46,431 nucleotides of DNA from Polyangiales bacterium (GTDB lineage: Bacteria; Myxococcota_A; Polyangia; Polyangiales; Polyangiaceae): contig JBBRNJ010000070.1 of assembly GCA_038230375.1 (NCBI GenBank), forward strand, positions 1 through 46,431. Direction: 5' to 3'. The translations under genes and the position numbers were made by a program. The notes beneath the pieces are model-generated. The model was given only the letters and a program-made list of their open reading frames with translations, did not search any database and was not told where the DNA came from. Numbering within the stretch: position 1 is the first letter of the stretch; every line of letters begins with the position of its first letter. Shown piece after piece: positions 10,188 to 20,415 of the stretch.

Positions 10188-11219
10188 CTAGTGGGCCGGC
10201 GCGCGTGTGATGCACACGCCGTGTAGACATGCCACGGCGGGCATCGGCGACCGGACATCCGTTTCTGCGCAGTGCAGGTGATCGTTTCTGATCGCGATCT
10301 CCCGGATGCGCTCGCGGTCTCGACGGATCGCCCCGTAGGCGGTGCACCCGTTCGCCACCGGCGTGCACTGCGCGTCGTTGCTGCAGGTCCTGGAAGGATC
10401 ATTCACGGGTGCCATCGCGCAGCGACCGTCGCGACAGATCGGCTCCACGTCGCCTCTGGGCTGGATGGTTTGCGCACACGAACCAGGGCCTTCGGGAGGG
10501 TGTCGATCGCCGAGCAATCTGGCGTGAAGCCCGCCGCAGCTGTCCGCGCGTACCGTGCAGTCGTGCTGCGAAGAGCAGGGTGAGATGGAGGTCGCCGAGG
10601 CGCCCGCGTCGATCCATTGCCACAGGCGAGCGACACGCTCGACGTCGATCACTCCCGCGAGCAGCTCCGGCCCCGGGCGCGGCGCGTCGTTCGTCCACGA
10701 GGTCTCCTGGGTGGCGCCTGCTCGGCTCACCTGCAACGAGATCGTGCATGGGTGCATACTGCACTGCTGCGTGTCGCTCTGCGTGCACACCGCATGAGCG
10801 GAGGCGCCGATGTTGGCGGCCAGGAGGCGGTCGACGAGAGAACGAACCTCCGCGCGCGCGATCCACGTGACCCGCGGACTCCCATCTGTCTGGCCGACGT
10901 CACCCGTGAGCTCGAGCCTCCCGTCCTCGCTCATGGCGACCTTGTAAAAGGGCCCTGCAGCGCGGCACCGCACACGCTCCAGGACCACCACGGGAGGCAG
11001 CAATGCGGGAGCGGCGACGACCGACGCGGGCACGCTCGAAGGCACAGCCGCGGATTCTGCGGGCGGCGACGACGCGTCGGACGAAGAGGACGGGGCCTGG
11101 ACGGGCAATGTCGGCGGCGAACCTTCCACGGCGACGTGACTGCTAGCGGGTCGACAAGCGCCGATCCACGGCGACAGGAGCAGCAAGCCGGCTACGGCGG
11201 GTTTCACGAAGCGCGTCAT
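10188..11219 (-). CDS. Hypothetical lipoprotein (possible DUF6438-like domain plus two Cys-rich repeats)
   Basis: Lipobox IGAC after MTRFVK; Ser/Pro linker; duplicated C-terminal CxxxxxC units. Confidence 0.6.
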   Translation of the reverse strand: MTRFVKPAVAGLLLLSPWIGACRPASSHVAVEGSPPTLPVQAPSSSSDASSPPAESAAVPSSVPASVVAAPALLPPVVVLERVRCRAAGPFYKVAMSEDGRLELTGDVGQTDGSPRVTWIARAEVRSLVDRLLAANIGASAHAVCTQSDTQQCSMHPCTISLQVSRAGATQETSWTNDAPRPGPELLAGVIDVERVARLWQWIDAGASATSISPCSSQHDCTVRADSCGGLHARLLGDRHPPEGPGSCAQTIQPRGDVEPICRDGRCAMAPVNDPSRTCSNDAQCTPVANGCTAYGAIRRDRERIREIAIRNDHLHCAETDVRSPMPAVACLHGVCITRAPAH

Positions 11220-11262
11220 GGTCTTCCGGCCGAAGATAGCGCACGCAACGCTCGCGCGTCTC

Positions 11263-11934
11263 TCAGGGGAGGCAGCCGCCTCCGTCTCCTGGCGGCGAGC
11301 CACCATCCGGAGTTCCCTCGGTGGGGCGTGCGTCCGCGCTGGCATCTGCGGTCGGCGCCTTCCCTGCTCCGGCATCGCTCTCTTGCGACGGGACCGCGCC
11401 AGAGGCGCAGACGAGCATCAGGTTTTCCACGGATGGCGCGGCCGCCGCTGCGCAGTCGAGCTCCACGGAGATGCCGCGGCTATCGATCTCGGTGCCCAGG
11501 ACGCTCCGCAAGGAGTCGATGTCGGAGGTCCCGTCCGTGGATACGAACACGCCGCTTCCGTCTCGATGACATCCGTGGAGCACTGGTCCGGAGATCGCCG
11601 TGCACCCGACGGTGCTGCCCGCACCGAGTGACGGAAAGAAGTAGGAGGCGGAAGGCGCGTTGACGCCCGTCGACGAGTACGACGTGCTCGCCTTCAGCGT
11701 CAACGTGAGCCGGCAGTCGCCGGAGGATTCTGGCGCGGCCATGGACACATAGAGCGCGCGCGCGCACTGCGGACCGGGGTCTGGTGTGCTGCTCGGCGGC
11801 GAGCCGGAGCCGCCGTAGTTGCCGTTGTAGTTTCCCGACGAGGAGTAGCTGGAGTCGTCGTCGCCGAAGAGCCCGTCTTCGCAGGCGGTGAGCGTGGTGA
11901 TTGCGACACAGAAGACGAAGTGAATCGAGCGCAT
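11263..11934 (-). CDS. Hypothetical lipoprotein
   Basis: GGAGG RBS; signal peptide with LTAC lipobox; Ser/Gly/Cys-rich. Confidence 0.7.
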   Translation of the reverse strand: MRSIHFVFCVAITTLTACEDGLFGDDDSSYSSSGNYNGNYGGSGSPPSSTPDPGPQCARALYVSMAAPESSGDCRLTLTLKASTSYSSTGVNAPSASYFFPSLGAGSTVGCTAISGPVLHGCHRDGSGVFVSTDGTSDIDSLRSVLGTEIDSRGISVELDCAAAAAPSVENLMLVCASGAVPSQESDAGAGKAPTADASADARPTEGTPDGGSPPGDGGGCLP

Positions 11935-12057
11935 CGTGGCCTCCGAAGAGAACGATGGCTCTCACCGGGCGCTTGAACAACGAGCACGACCTGACATGAA
12001 ATGACAGGCAGCGCGCCTGCGGCCGCTACCGGGAGTCAGCGCGAAATCGGCTTGTTT

Positions 12058-12870
12058 TTACGAGGCGAACAGGTTCTTGGACTCGCCGTCTTCCAGGTCT
12101 TTGCGGAGCGCGTCGTAGTCGGTCGTGGCAACGGCTCCCAGCTCCGTGGCCTGGAAGAGGTCGTTGCAAGCGAGACAGAGGGCCTCGTCGTCCTTCACGT
12201 CGGTGAGCGCATTCCGGAGCGCCACGACGGTGGCCTCGGGCAGCGATGTGAGGTGCGCGATCAGATCCGGCGGAACAGGGCCGAGCTTCTGCAACACACG
12301 CGTCTTGGCCTCGGGGACCGTGGACCAGCCACCCGACGTGAGCGCGCCTTCGGCGTTGACGCTGGCGTACGTCCCGCAGACGTCAGCGGCGCCATCCACC
12401 ACGGCTTGCACCGCGGCCTTGTGGGACCACTTGAACGACTCCGCGCGGAACAGCGTGCGCGGATCAACGCCGTGCGAGAGCAGCCACAAGCGGGGCATGA
12501 CGAAGCCAGCGGCGCTCCATGGATCGACCCACGCGGCGCGCGCGTTGCGGAGATCCTTGGGCTCCTTGTACGGCGAGTCCTCGCGGACCAGGAGCGCGGT
12601 CTGATAGGTCTTGTCCTTGCCGCGCTGGATGCGCAGGAGTGGTTGCGCGACCGTCGAGGCCTTCAGGTAGACGATGGGCGGGAGCCAACCGACCGACACG
12701 GTACCGTCCTTCATGCCCGCCGCCAGCGACTCGTAGGTGCATGCCTTCGCGGTGATCGAGAGCCCGGAGCGAGCCGCGAGCGCCTCCGTGAACCGTACGA
12801 GCGCGTCGTTCTTGTCGGAGTTGGGCTCCGAGAAGGCGGCGCCAAAGACGAGCGGGGTGGCCTGGGACAT
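12058..12870 (-). CDS. PhnD-like phosphate/phosphonate-binding protein
   Basis: GWLPPIVY, AWVDPWSAAGFVMPR, SHKAAVQAVVDGAAD, GPVPPD; start placed at ATG 12870. Confidence 0.82.
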   Translation of the reverse strand: MSQATPLVFGAAFSEPNSDKNDALVRFTEALAARSGLSITAKACTYESLAAGMKDGTVSVGWLPPIVYLKASTVAQPLLRIQRGKDKTYQTALLVREDSPYKEPKDLRNARAAWVDPWSAAGFVMPRLWLLSHGVDPRTLFRAESFKWSHKAAVQAVVDGAADVCGTYASVNAEGALTSGGWSTVPEAKTRVLQKLGPVPPDLIAHLTSLPEATVVALRNALTDVKDDEALCLACNDLFQATELGAVATTDYDALRKDLEDGESKNLFAS

Positions 12871-12887
12871 GTCTCGGGATTGTACGT

Positions 12888-13637
12888 TCAACCGAGCAGC
12901 GAGATCCCCATTTTGACGATCAAAGCGAAGACGACCACGAGTACGACCACGCGAACCAGCTTGTCGCCCCGCGCAATCGCGAGCCGGGAGCCGACCTGCG
13001 CGCCCACCACGTTGCACACTGCCATCACGAGGGCGAGCTTCCAGTGGATGTCACCGCGGAAGAGAAAGAGGAGGAGCGCGGCAAGGTTGGAGGCGAAGTT
13101 CACGACCTTCGCGTTGCCCGACGCGTACGTCAGCGTGTCACCGAACACCAGCACGTTGGCCACGATGAGCATGGAGCCCACTCCCGGACCAAAGAAGCCG
13201 TCGTACGCACCGAGCACGAGCGCCACGCCCGCATAGCAGAGCTCCGGTCGCGCGAGATTCAGTGGCTTCAGATGATCGCGCGGGATCATGACGATGATCG
13301 CGGCAATGGCGAGGAGCACGAGCACCACGGGCCGAAGCGGCTCTGGCTTTGCGAGCGTGACCAGGTACGCGCCCGTCAGCGAGCCCAGGAACCCCAGCGC
13401 AAAGGCGAGCGGCGCGCGGCTCTTCTGCAGCGCATTCCTGCGCCAGAACGACGTGACCGACGACGCCGCACCGAACACGGCCTGCGCCTTGTTCGTGGCG
13501 AGCGTGGCGTGCGGAGACAGACCGCACGCAAGCAGCGCGGGCACCGTGAGCAGACCACCACCGCCGGCGATGGAGTCGACGAACCCGGCGGCGAAGCCCA
13601 CGCCGCCAAGCACCGCGAGCGTCTGGTCCGGTGTCAC
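12888..13637 (-). CDS. TSUP (TauE/SafE, YfcA-like) membrane transporter
   Basis: AGFVDSIAGGGGLL, ATNKAQ, GAYDGFFGPGVG, AKVVNFASN. Confidence 0.92.
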   Translation of the reverse strand: MTPDQTLAVLGGVGFAAGFVDSIAGGGGLLTVPALLACGLSPHATLATNKAQAVFGAASSVTSFWRRNALQKSRAPLAFALGFLGSLTGAYLVTLAKPEPLRPVVLVLLAIAAIIVMIPRDHLKPLNLARPELCYAGVALVLGAYDGFFGPGVGSMLIVANVLVFGDTLTYASGNAKVVNFASNLAALLLFLFRGDIHWKLALVMAVCNVVGAQVGSRLAIARGDKLVRVVVLVVVFALIVKMGISLLG

Positions 13638-16498
13638 GGCGGAGGCGCGACCTCTGCTTCGGCTTCGATCTTGGGCGCGCGCTCGGGCTTGGGCTTGGGC
13701 ACGAGGGCCTCGGCGCTGAGCGGGGACACGGCTTCGCCCGCTGCGTTGGTGGCGAAGAGCTCCGTGCGAAGGATCAAGTTCGGCAGCTCCGGCATACTGG
13801 TGGTGGAGAGGATCGCCTGCGCGACCTCGCTTGCCTTCGCAGAGCCGGCGACGGTGACCCGAACTTCGACCTCGAGTGGGACGTACGCGCCGACCATGCC
13901 CGCTTGCGTGAGCGCAAGGGCAGCACGTGCGCTACCGAGCGTCGCGTTTGCGACCATGGCGCGGACGTCGACCTTCTTGCCGATGCCATCCATGCGGCGC
14001 ATCACCGTGACGCTGTCTTGCGACATGAACTGCGCGAGCGCGCCTTCGAGGACCGCTTCGCCGCCGACCTCTTGCACCGCCTGGGCGGGGAACGCGATGA
14101 CGTAGCGAGCCATGTTGATCACGTGCGAGAGCACGGGCGCGTTGTCCGGCAAGCGGATCGCATCCGTGAAGCGAAGGCCCGCGGGAGAGGCAGCCGTGAG
14201 CTGCGCCACGTATTCTTCGGGATTGATGTCGGCGATGATCTTCACGTCCACGAACTCTCCGAGCGAGAGCACGCCGAGCGAGAGCGCAGGTCCGAACACG
14301 AGGTCCGGCTTGGGGTGGAAGCCCTGCGAATAGAACATGGTGAGCTCTAGCCGGCGGAACGTGCGCGGCAGCGCGCGGATCAGATCAAGGTGCGAGAGGA
14401 ACGCGATCGAACCCAGCTTTTCATAGCGGAAACGGTAGCGCGTGCCCTTGCCCTGGATGATGGGCGGCGGCTTCTTCTTGCCCTGCACGTAGTTGCCGTC
14501 GGGCTTCTTCTCGGGCGGCGGAGGGAGCTCGCGCAGGATGGGCAGGCGCTTCACCTTTGCGTCGAGCTTGGTGAGGTAGTCGATGCGCTCGACCCGCATG
14601 GCGGTGAGATCGCACGCAACGCCGCAGTCGTAGCAGACCAGCTTGCGCATATCCTTCACGGCGTCTTCAAGGTTGGTCGGGTGAACGAATGCGCCCGCGA
14701 CCTTGCCGCATGGAATGCTGAGGCGGCTCTTCAGCGACTTGCGATACTCGCGAAGCAGGAAGCCGTCCTCGAGCCCGACGGAGATGTGATCCCACGGAAG
14801 GCGCGCGGTGACGGGGATGGTGCCAAGGAACTGACCCGGGTCCACGCCAAGCATCTTGAAGGACTCCGCCCAGACGTCCGTGCGCTGCTGATCTTCCCAC
14901 GAGTCGAAGCGGCAGCCGTGCTGGTAGGCACGGAGGAGCACTGCACCGAGACGGCGATCGCCACGGGCGAACACGCCTTCGAGCCAGCTGGTCTCGCTGT
15001 CGTGCATACGAAGATCGACCTTGGACTTGCGTGCCTCTTCGCGCAGCCAGCGCTGCTTCTCGCGCACCTGCGTGGGCGCATCCATGGCGCACCACTGGAA
15101 GGGTGTGTGCGGCTTCGGCACGTGCGTGGAGACGCTGCATGTGACAGCGGGCGGGCCCTGCCCCACGAGACGCTTCATGCGCTTGCCGACCTGCCGCGCA
15201 CGGCCGCCGACCCGCGCGATCTCGCGGACGTCCTCCTCCTCTTCGGTGGGCAGACCGATCATGAAGTAGAGCTTCATGCTGGTGTACTCACGCGAGAAGA
15301 TCCTCTCGGCGGTGGTCATCAGCTGCTCTTCGGTGACGTTCTTGTTCACCACGTCGCGCATGCGCTGGCTGCCAGCCTCGGGCGCGAAGGTCACGCCGCT
15401 TGCGCGCACCTTGCCCATGTCATCGAGCACGGTCTCGTCCAGTCCGTACGCGCGGAGGGAAGATACGCCGAGCGACACCTTCTCCGGCGCCAGCTTCTCC
15501 GTCACGCGCTGCACGAGCGGCGCAATGCACGAGTAGTCCGCGGTGGAGAGGCAGGTGAGGCTGACCTCGTCGTAGCCGGACTTCTTCACGGCGCTGACAA
15601 GGGTGTCGACGATCTGCTGCGGGTCGCGCTCGCGCACGGGCCGGTAGATCATGCCGGCCTGACAGAAGCGGCAGCCTTCCGTGCAGCCTCGTGCGATCTC
15701 GATCGACATGCGATCGAAGATGGCCTCGGGACCGCCAACGGGGCCGTCGTCCGGGAACGGATACAGGTTCAGATCGGGCACGAGCGAGCGCTCGACCGGC
15801 ATGGGCGCGTGGATGCCGCGCTTCGGGCCGGTGACCACGGTGTAGCCAGTCGCTTCCTCGATATGTGTATCATACAACGAAGGGACGTAGACGCCCGGCA
15901 GCGTGGCGAGCACCTGCAGACGCTCTGCGCGGGCAACGCCCTTCTTCTTCAGGTCCGTCCAGGTCAGCGCTACGCGCGTGGCGCTCTCTTCGCCGTCGCC
16001 GATGACGATCGCGTCGAAGAAGTCCGCGACGGGCTCCGGGTGCGTGGCCGTGGGACCGCCGGCGATCACGAGCGGCGCATCCTCACCGCGGTCAGCAGTG
16101 AGAAGCGCGACGCCTCCGAGATCGAGCATGGTGAGGATGTTCGTGTACGTGAGCTCGAACTGCAGCGAGAAGCCGATCACGTCGAAGTCGGACAGCGGCC
16201 GCGCGCTCTCGAGCGACACGAGCGGGACCTTGCGCTCGCGGAGCTCCTTCTCCATGTCGATCCACGGCGTGTAGCAGCGCTCTGCGAGCGTGCGCGGGTC
16301 GTCGTTCAAGATCTTGTAGAGGATCTTGAAGCCAAGGTGGCTCATGCCGATGTCGTAGATGTCCGGGAACGCGAGGCACACACGCGCGTCGACCTTGTCC
16401 CAGTCCTTCTGGACGATCCCGAACTCGCCCCCGAGATAGCGCGCAGGCTTCTCCACGCGACTCACGAACGATGCATACGGGTGGCGGTCGACGGACAT
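13634..16498 (-). CDS. TIGR03960-type B12-binding radical SAM protein fused to a TIGR03936/DUF2344 domain
   Basis: KPARYLGGE, FPDIYDIGMSHLG, CTEGCRFC (CxxxCxxC); C-terminal FLSHLDLIR and YSQGFHPKP. Confidence 0.93.
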   Translation of the reverse strand: MSVDRHPYASFVSRVEKPARYLGGEFGIVQKDWDKVDARVCLAFPDIYDIGMSHLGFKILYKILNDDPRTLAERCYTPWIDMEKELRERKVPLVSLESARPLSDFDVIGFSLQFELTYTNILTMLDLGGVALLTADRGEDAPLVIAGGPTATHPEPVADFFDAIVIGDGEESATRVALTWTDLKKKGVARAERLQVLATLPGVYVPSLYDTHIEEATGYTVVTGPKRGIHAPMPVERSLVPDLNLYPFPDDGPVGGPEAIFDRMSIEIARGCTEGCRFCQAGMIYRPVRERDPQQIVDTLVSAVKKSGYDEVSLTCLSTADYSCIAPLVQRVTEKLAPEKVSLGVSSLRAYGLDETVLDDMGKVRASGVTFAPEAGSQRMRDVVNKNVTEEQLMTTAERIFSREYTSMKLYFMIGLPTEEEEDVREIARVGGRARQVGKRMKRLVGQGPPAVTCSVSTHVPKPHTPFQWCAMDAPTQVREKQRWLREEARKSKVDLRMHDSETSWLEGVFARGDRRLGAVLLRAYQHGCRFDSWEDQQRTDVWAESFKMLGVDPGQFLGTIPVTARLPWDHISVGLEDGFLLREYRKSLKSRLSIPCGKVAGAFVHPTNLEDAVKDMRKLVCYDCGVACDLTAMRVERIDYLTKLDAKVKRLPILRELPPPPEKKPDGNYVQGKKKPPPIIQGKGTRYRFRYEKLGSIAFLSHLDLIRALPRTFRRLELTMFYSQGFHPKPDLVFGPALSLGVLSLGEFVDVKIIADINPEEYVAQLTAASPAGLRFTDAIRLPDNAPVLSHVINMARYVIAFPAQAVQEVGGEAVLEGALAQFMSQDSVTVMRRMDGIGKKVDVRAMVANATLGSARAALALTQAGMVGAYVPLEVEVRVTVAGSAKASEVAQAILSTTSMPELPNLILRTELFATNAAGEAVSPLSAEALVPKPKPERAPKIEAEAEVAPPP

Positions 16499-16537
16499 GG
16501 TCGCCTCTTCCTAGTTGGGATCCGCGGGTTTGCAAGC

Positions 16538-18863
16538 CTAGCGGCGCAAATGTTGCGCGTCGGCAGAGGGCGCCGCGTCTGCAGAGCGCGCGGCGGACAC
16601 AGGCTCCACGCGGAACGCGGCGGTGAACGCGAAGCGAGGCGGCGCACTTCCCACTGCTAGGCGCGCGCGCCATGTGGTGTCGCTCAGGCGGAGCGTTGCC
16701 GGCTGTGCCATCTCGTACACGGGCCAGTGCGCACCGACGGCGTGGATGAGGCGACCGCTCTCGGGCTCGCGGATGATCGTGTGGAGCGCCTCGAGAGGAC
16801 CGGTCGCGAGCGTCACGACGCGCGCACCCGAGAGGTCGGTGTGCAGGTCGGTGCTGAGCTCCAGCGAGGCGTCGTGTGTCTTGCCCAGCCATGCCTCCCA
16901 CTCGGCGAGCAGCGTGGGGAAGTACGCAAGGTCGGCCTGCAGCTCCACCGACATCGCAGCGTCGTTCGTCTCCATCACCGCAGCCGCGAGCGCCGTGCGC
17001 ATGAGGTCCTCGGCCGTCCGCATGAGCACGTCGGAGGTCCCGTCCTTCGGAATGAGCGACGCCACGTCGAGGCGCTTGCGCAGCTGCTTCATCGCCGCGA
17101 GGAGCTTCGCGATCACCTCCGGGTGTGGCTCCACGAACGCCGCGGGCGGCGCCGTCGCCGGCCGGTTCTTGAGCACGCTCGGGAGCGCCTCCAGCGGCGT
17201 GCGCGTGAACGCGAATGTGTCGTGCCGGAGGCTTGCGTAGTACGCGAGCGCCGACTCCAGCTTCATCACCTTCTGTGCCTTGCCCTGCGCGAACGGCTCG
17301 AAGCGATCAGCGGGTGCAGCCTGCGTGTACGACGCGAGCGCGTCGAGCAGTGATGCATACGGCGTGGCGTGGCGCGTGGTGAGATCATCCACGTCGAAGC
17401 GGCGGCGCAGCTGGGTCAGCGTCTGGTCGTAGCGCTCGAACGCATCGCCACCGCGCGCGTGGAGCTCCGCACCCGCCTCCTCGTAACCGAGCCAGGCAAA
17501 CACGTCGAGCGACGAAGGCAGCGTGCGCTGTAACGGTGGTCCCTCCACCCCGATCGTCGGCATGGCAGCCTCTGCGGTGCTCGCGCCCACCTCAGGAAAC
17601 GTGAGCGCCGTGAGGACCGCCGAGTCATCCGTGATCTCATCCCCCGCCAGGCGCATGGAGAGAACGCTGCGCGCAATGAGGCGTGCGCTCTTCTGCGACG
17701 GATCGACGCGGATGTTCGCGCTGCCATCATAGACGGTGGGTGCGCGCTCCGTCACCAGCGAGTGCCGCACCTTGTCGACGATGACGACGTTCGCGATGGT
17801 GCGCGGATCCGAGAGCTCCACCCCGGCGCGCGCAACGTGATCTCGCAGCATGTCCGGTGACACGTCGTCGGCGTGGCCCAGGACCAGCGCACGCGCGGTG
17901 ACGAATTGCTTGTAGAGTGCACGCGCTTCCGGGTCGGCGTTCGTGGCCAGGAGACGTGTCAGGATCATCGCGGCACGCGTGTGCGTGCGTGCCGTGGTCA
18001 CGCTTGCCGGAGCACCCGCGACGTCCGCGCGAGACGCCACGAACAGCGGGCCCGATGCGAGCCACGTGAATGCGGTGCTGTACCCCGCAAGGCTGGGGTC
18101 CAGCGTGTCTGCGTCGCCCGACGGCGCGAAGATCGAATAGTCGAGCGTGGTGCCGAAGACGTCGCTCCTTGCCGGCCCGATGTGATCCTTGATCCGGCGC
18201 AGCTCCGCCGAGACCGCGGCAGACGGCGCCTTCTCCGACGGGTTCGCCGGTGTGGCCAGCGCGCGCGCGACGGAGACGACTCCACGCGCGAGTGTGTACG
18301 CTTCCTGCACGTCTGCGTTGACGCTCTTGCTCTCTGCCGCGAGCCGCGCATCCAGGTTCGCGAGCAGCGATACCAGCGCGGGCCCCATCACCCGCCACTC
18401 CAGATCCGCGAGCACGCGCGAGAGCGTGACGTGCGCCACGCGGAAGAGCGCGTCCATCGTGACGACGTACGGGATCCCCATCTCGCGCAGGTGCACGTAG
18501 TACTCGCCGAGCGTGCGCGCGTGGACCAGCGGCACCGTGCACATCCCTTCGGACAGGAGCCGCGCCTTCAGGGCGGGGTTCTGCGTAGCCCACGCCACGG
18601 CGTCGGGGCCAAGGCGCGCGACGCTCGCCTCGTCGAGCGGGAGCTGCGGCGGCGCCACGTCCGGTCGCACGGTCTCGTACCGCACGGGCTCCCAGAACGT
18701 GTGCGTGGGAGGTGGCGTGGGGCGCTCCACCTGCCTCACGACCACGACAGGAGGCGGTGGCTTCGGCGCGACCATGGGCACCTCGGGCGCGGCGGTGGCG
18801 CACGCTGAGAGCGCGAAGAGAACCGCGATGGGCAGCCGTGGTAGGAAAGACAGAGCGGACAGA
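16538..18863 (-). CDS. DUF3160-family lipoprotein (start codon uncertain)
   Basis: IPYVVTMDALF, ASLRHDT and FVEPHPE motifs; lipobox LSAC near 18800. No in-frame ATG/GTG lies just upstream of the signal peptide, so the 5' end is approximate. Confidence 0.72.
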
Positions 18864-18896
18864 ACGCTAGCGACCTTTTCTGGACTGGGCGATTTT

Positions 18897-19184
18897 ATGG
18901 CGAAACGAAAGAAGCCGCGGCTCCCCTCGCAGATGCCTGGCCTCGCAAAGCGGCGTCCGGAGAACATCCGGGTGCCGTGGTTTCCGCTGTTTCGCGTGGC
19001 GGTTCTGGCGATCGTGGGCATTGGCGCCACCGCGTGGGCGGTGGAACGCGCGCTTCACCGGACGCCGGAGCCCATGATCGTGCCACGGCCGGTGTCGCCA
19101 GCGTGGCCGCCGCCATCCACGGTCGACGTGACCGATATCGACATCAACACGGTTCCATTTCCATCACGGGAGGGCGGCCGGTGA
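18897..19184 (+). CDS. Small hypothetical single-TM protein
   Basis: Basic N-terminus MAKRKKPR, one TM helix, Pro-rich tail; fills the gap before queE. Confidence 0.6.
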   Translation: MAKRKKPRLPSQMPGLAKRRPENIRVPWFPLFRVAVLAIVGIGATAWAVERALHRTPEPMIVPRPVSPAWPPPSTVDVTDIDINTVPFPSREGGR

Positions 19185-19242
19185 GCTCGCCGGTGCGCGC
19201 GCCTGGACGGCCCGACTTCCCAGGTACTAGAACCTGTTCGCC

Positions 19243-19896
19243 TTGAAGGAGGACACCCTCGTCATCCACGAGATCTACGCGAGCATCCAGGGCGAATCCA
19301 CGTTCGCCGGGTTGCCGTGCACGTTCGTGCGTACGACAGGCTGCAACCTGCGCTGCTCCTGGTGCGACACCGAGCACGCCTTCTACGGTGGCACGCGCAT
19401 GCAGCGCGCGGACGTCCTCGCAAAGGCGCTCGCCACTGGCACCAAGCTCGTGGAGCTGACCGGCGGGGAGCCGCTTCTCCAGCCGGGCGTGCTTCCCCTC
19501 ATGACGGAGCTCTGCGACGCGGGCCGCACCGTACTCATCGAGACGAGCGGCGAGCGCGACATCTCGCGCGTGGACGCGCGCGTGCATCGCATCATGGATC
19601 TCAAGGCGCCCGCGTCGGGTGAGTCGCATCGGAACCTGTGGTCCAACGTGGACCACCTGACGTCCCGCGACGAGGTGAAGTTCGTCCTCAGCGACCGCGG
19701 CGACTACGAATGGATGCGCACGGCCATCCGCGAGCGCGGGCTCGCTGGGCGCACGCCGAACCTGCTCGCGAGCACCGTCTTCGGCAAGCTCGCGGCGCGC
19801 GATCTGGTCACGTGGGTCATGGCGGACGCGTTGCCCGTGCGCGTGCAGCTGCAGATGCACAAGTACATCTGGGCGCCAGAGACACAGGGGGTCTGA
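19243..19896 (+). CDS. queE: 7-carboxy-7-deazaguanine synthase (radical SAM)
   Basis: EIYASIQGES, FVRTTGCNLRCSWCDT, TGGEPLLQ, QLQMHKYIW. Confidence 0.9.
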   Translation: MKEDTLVIHEIYASIQGESTFAGLPCTFVRTTGCNLRCSWCDTEHAFYGGTRMQRADVLAKALATGTKLVELTGGEPLLQPGVLPLMTELCDAGRTVLIETSGERDISRVDARVHRIMDLKAPASGESHRNLWSNVDHLTSRDEVKFVLSDRGDYEWMRTAIRERGLAGRTPNLLASTVFGKLAARDLVTWVMADALPVRVQLQMHKYIWAPETQGV

Positions 19897-19897
19897 G

Positions 19898-20392
19898 ATG
19901 CAGCAACCCTCGCCCTACGCGCCGCCGACATCACACAACGCTCCTTCCACGAACCCCGACGTGGACATCGCGGACGCCATGACGCCGCTCTCCGCGAAGG
20001 CCGGCGGTGGTGTCGTGCTGTTCGCGGGCGTGAACTTCACGTTGATGGCGCTACAGACGTTCGCGCTCGTCAACATGCGCGGCGCGTGGGTCGTCATGCC
20101 GCTCTTGCTGCTGGGGGTGGGCCTTGCGCTCTTCTTCGCGGGCGTGTCGCTCTTCAGGGCGCGCGGGTGGTCCGGGCTCTTCACGCTGATCGTGTCGGGC
20201 GTCGCGGCGCTGCTCTCGCTCGGGTGGCTCGTGGTCACGGTCCTCTCGGGGATCTTCGGCCTGTTCGCGCTGGGCGCGCCTGCGCTCGCGGTCGCTGGCG
20301 TGGTCGCGGGCGCCGTGAACCTGGGTCCGGTGCGGCGCGTGAGCGACGCCCGCGCGCGGCTCGCGGCGTCAGGCCTGCACTTCGGGCTCTGA
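19898..20392 (+). CDS. Hypothetical multi-TM membrane protein
   Basis: Starts 1 bp after the queE stop; about four hydrophobic helices. Confidence 0.7.
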   Translation: MQQPSPYAPPTSHNAPSTNPDVDIADAMTPLSAKAGGGVVLFAGVNFTLMALQTFALVNMRGAWVVMPLLLLGVGLALFFAGVSLFRARGWSGLFTLIVSGVAALLSLGWLVVTVLSGIFGLFALGAPALAVAGVVAGAVNLGPVRRVSDARARLAASGLHFGL

Positions 20393-20415
20393 CCTCCGAA
20401 GCTCCACGCAGGGCG

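Noticed and set aside
14390..16660. Long antisense ORFs (also 43082..45094, 1891..3090, 41579..42991, 25184..26278)
   Set aside because: Stop-free opposite frames are expected in GC-rich, codon-biased genes; these lie opposite well-supported CDSs and have no motifs.
19243..19896. queE as part of a 7-deazaguanine DNA-modification (dpd) cluster
   Set aside because: No dpdA/tgt, queC, queD or folE nearby; context and codon usage look like housekeeping.
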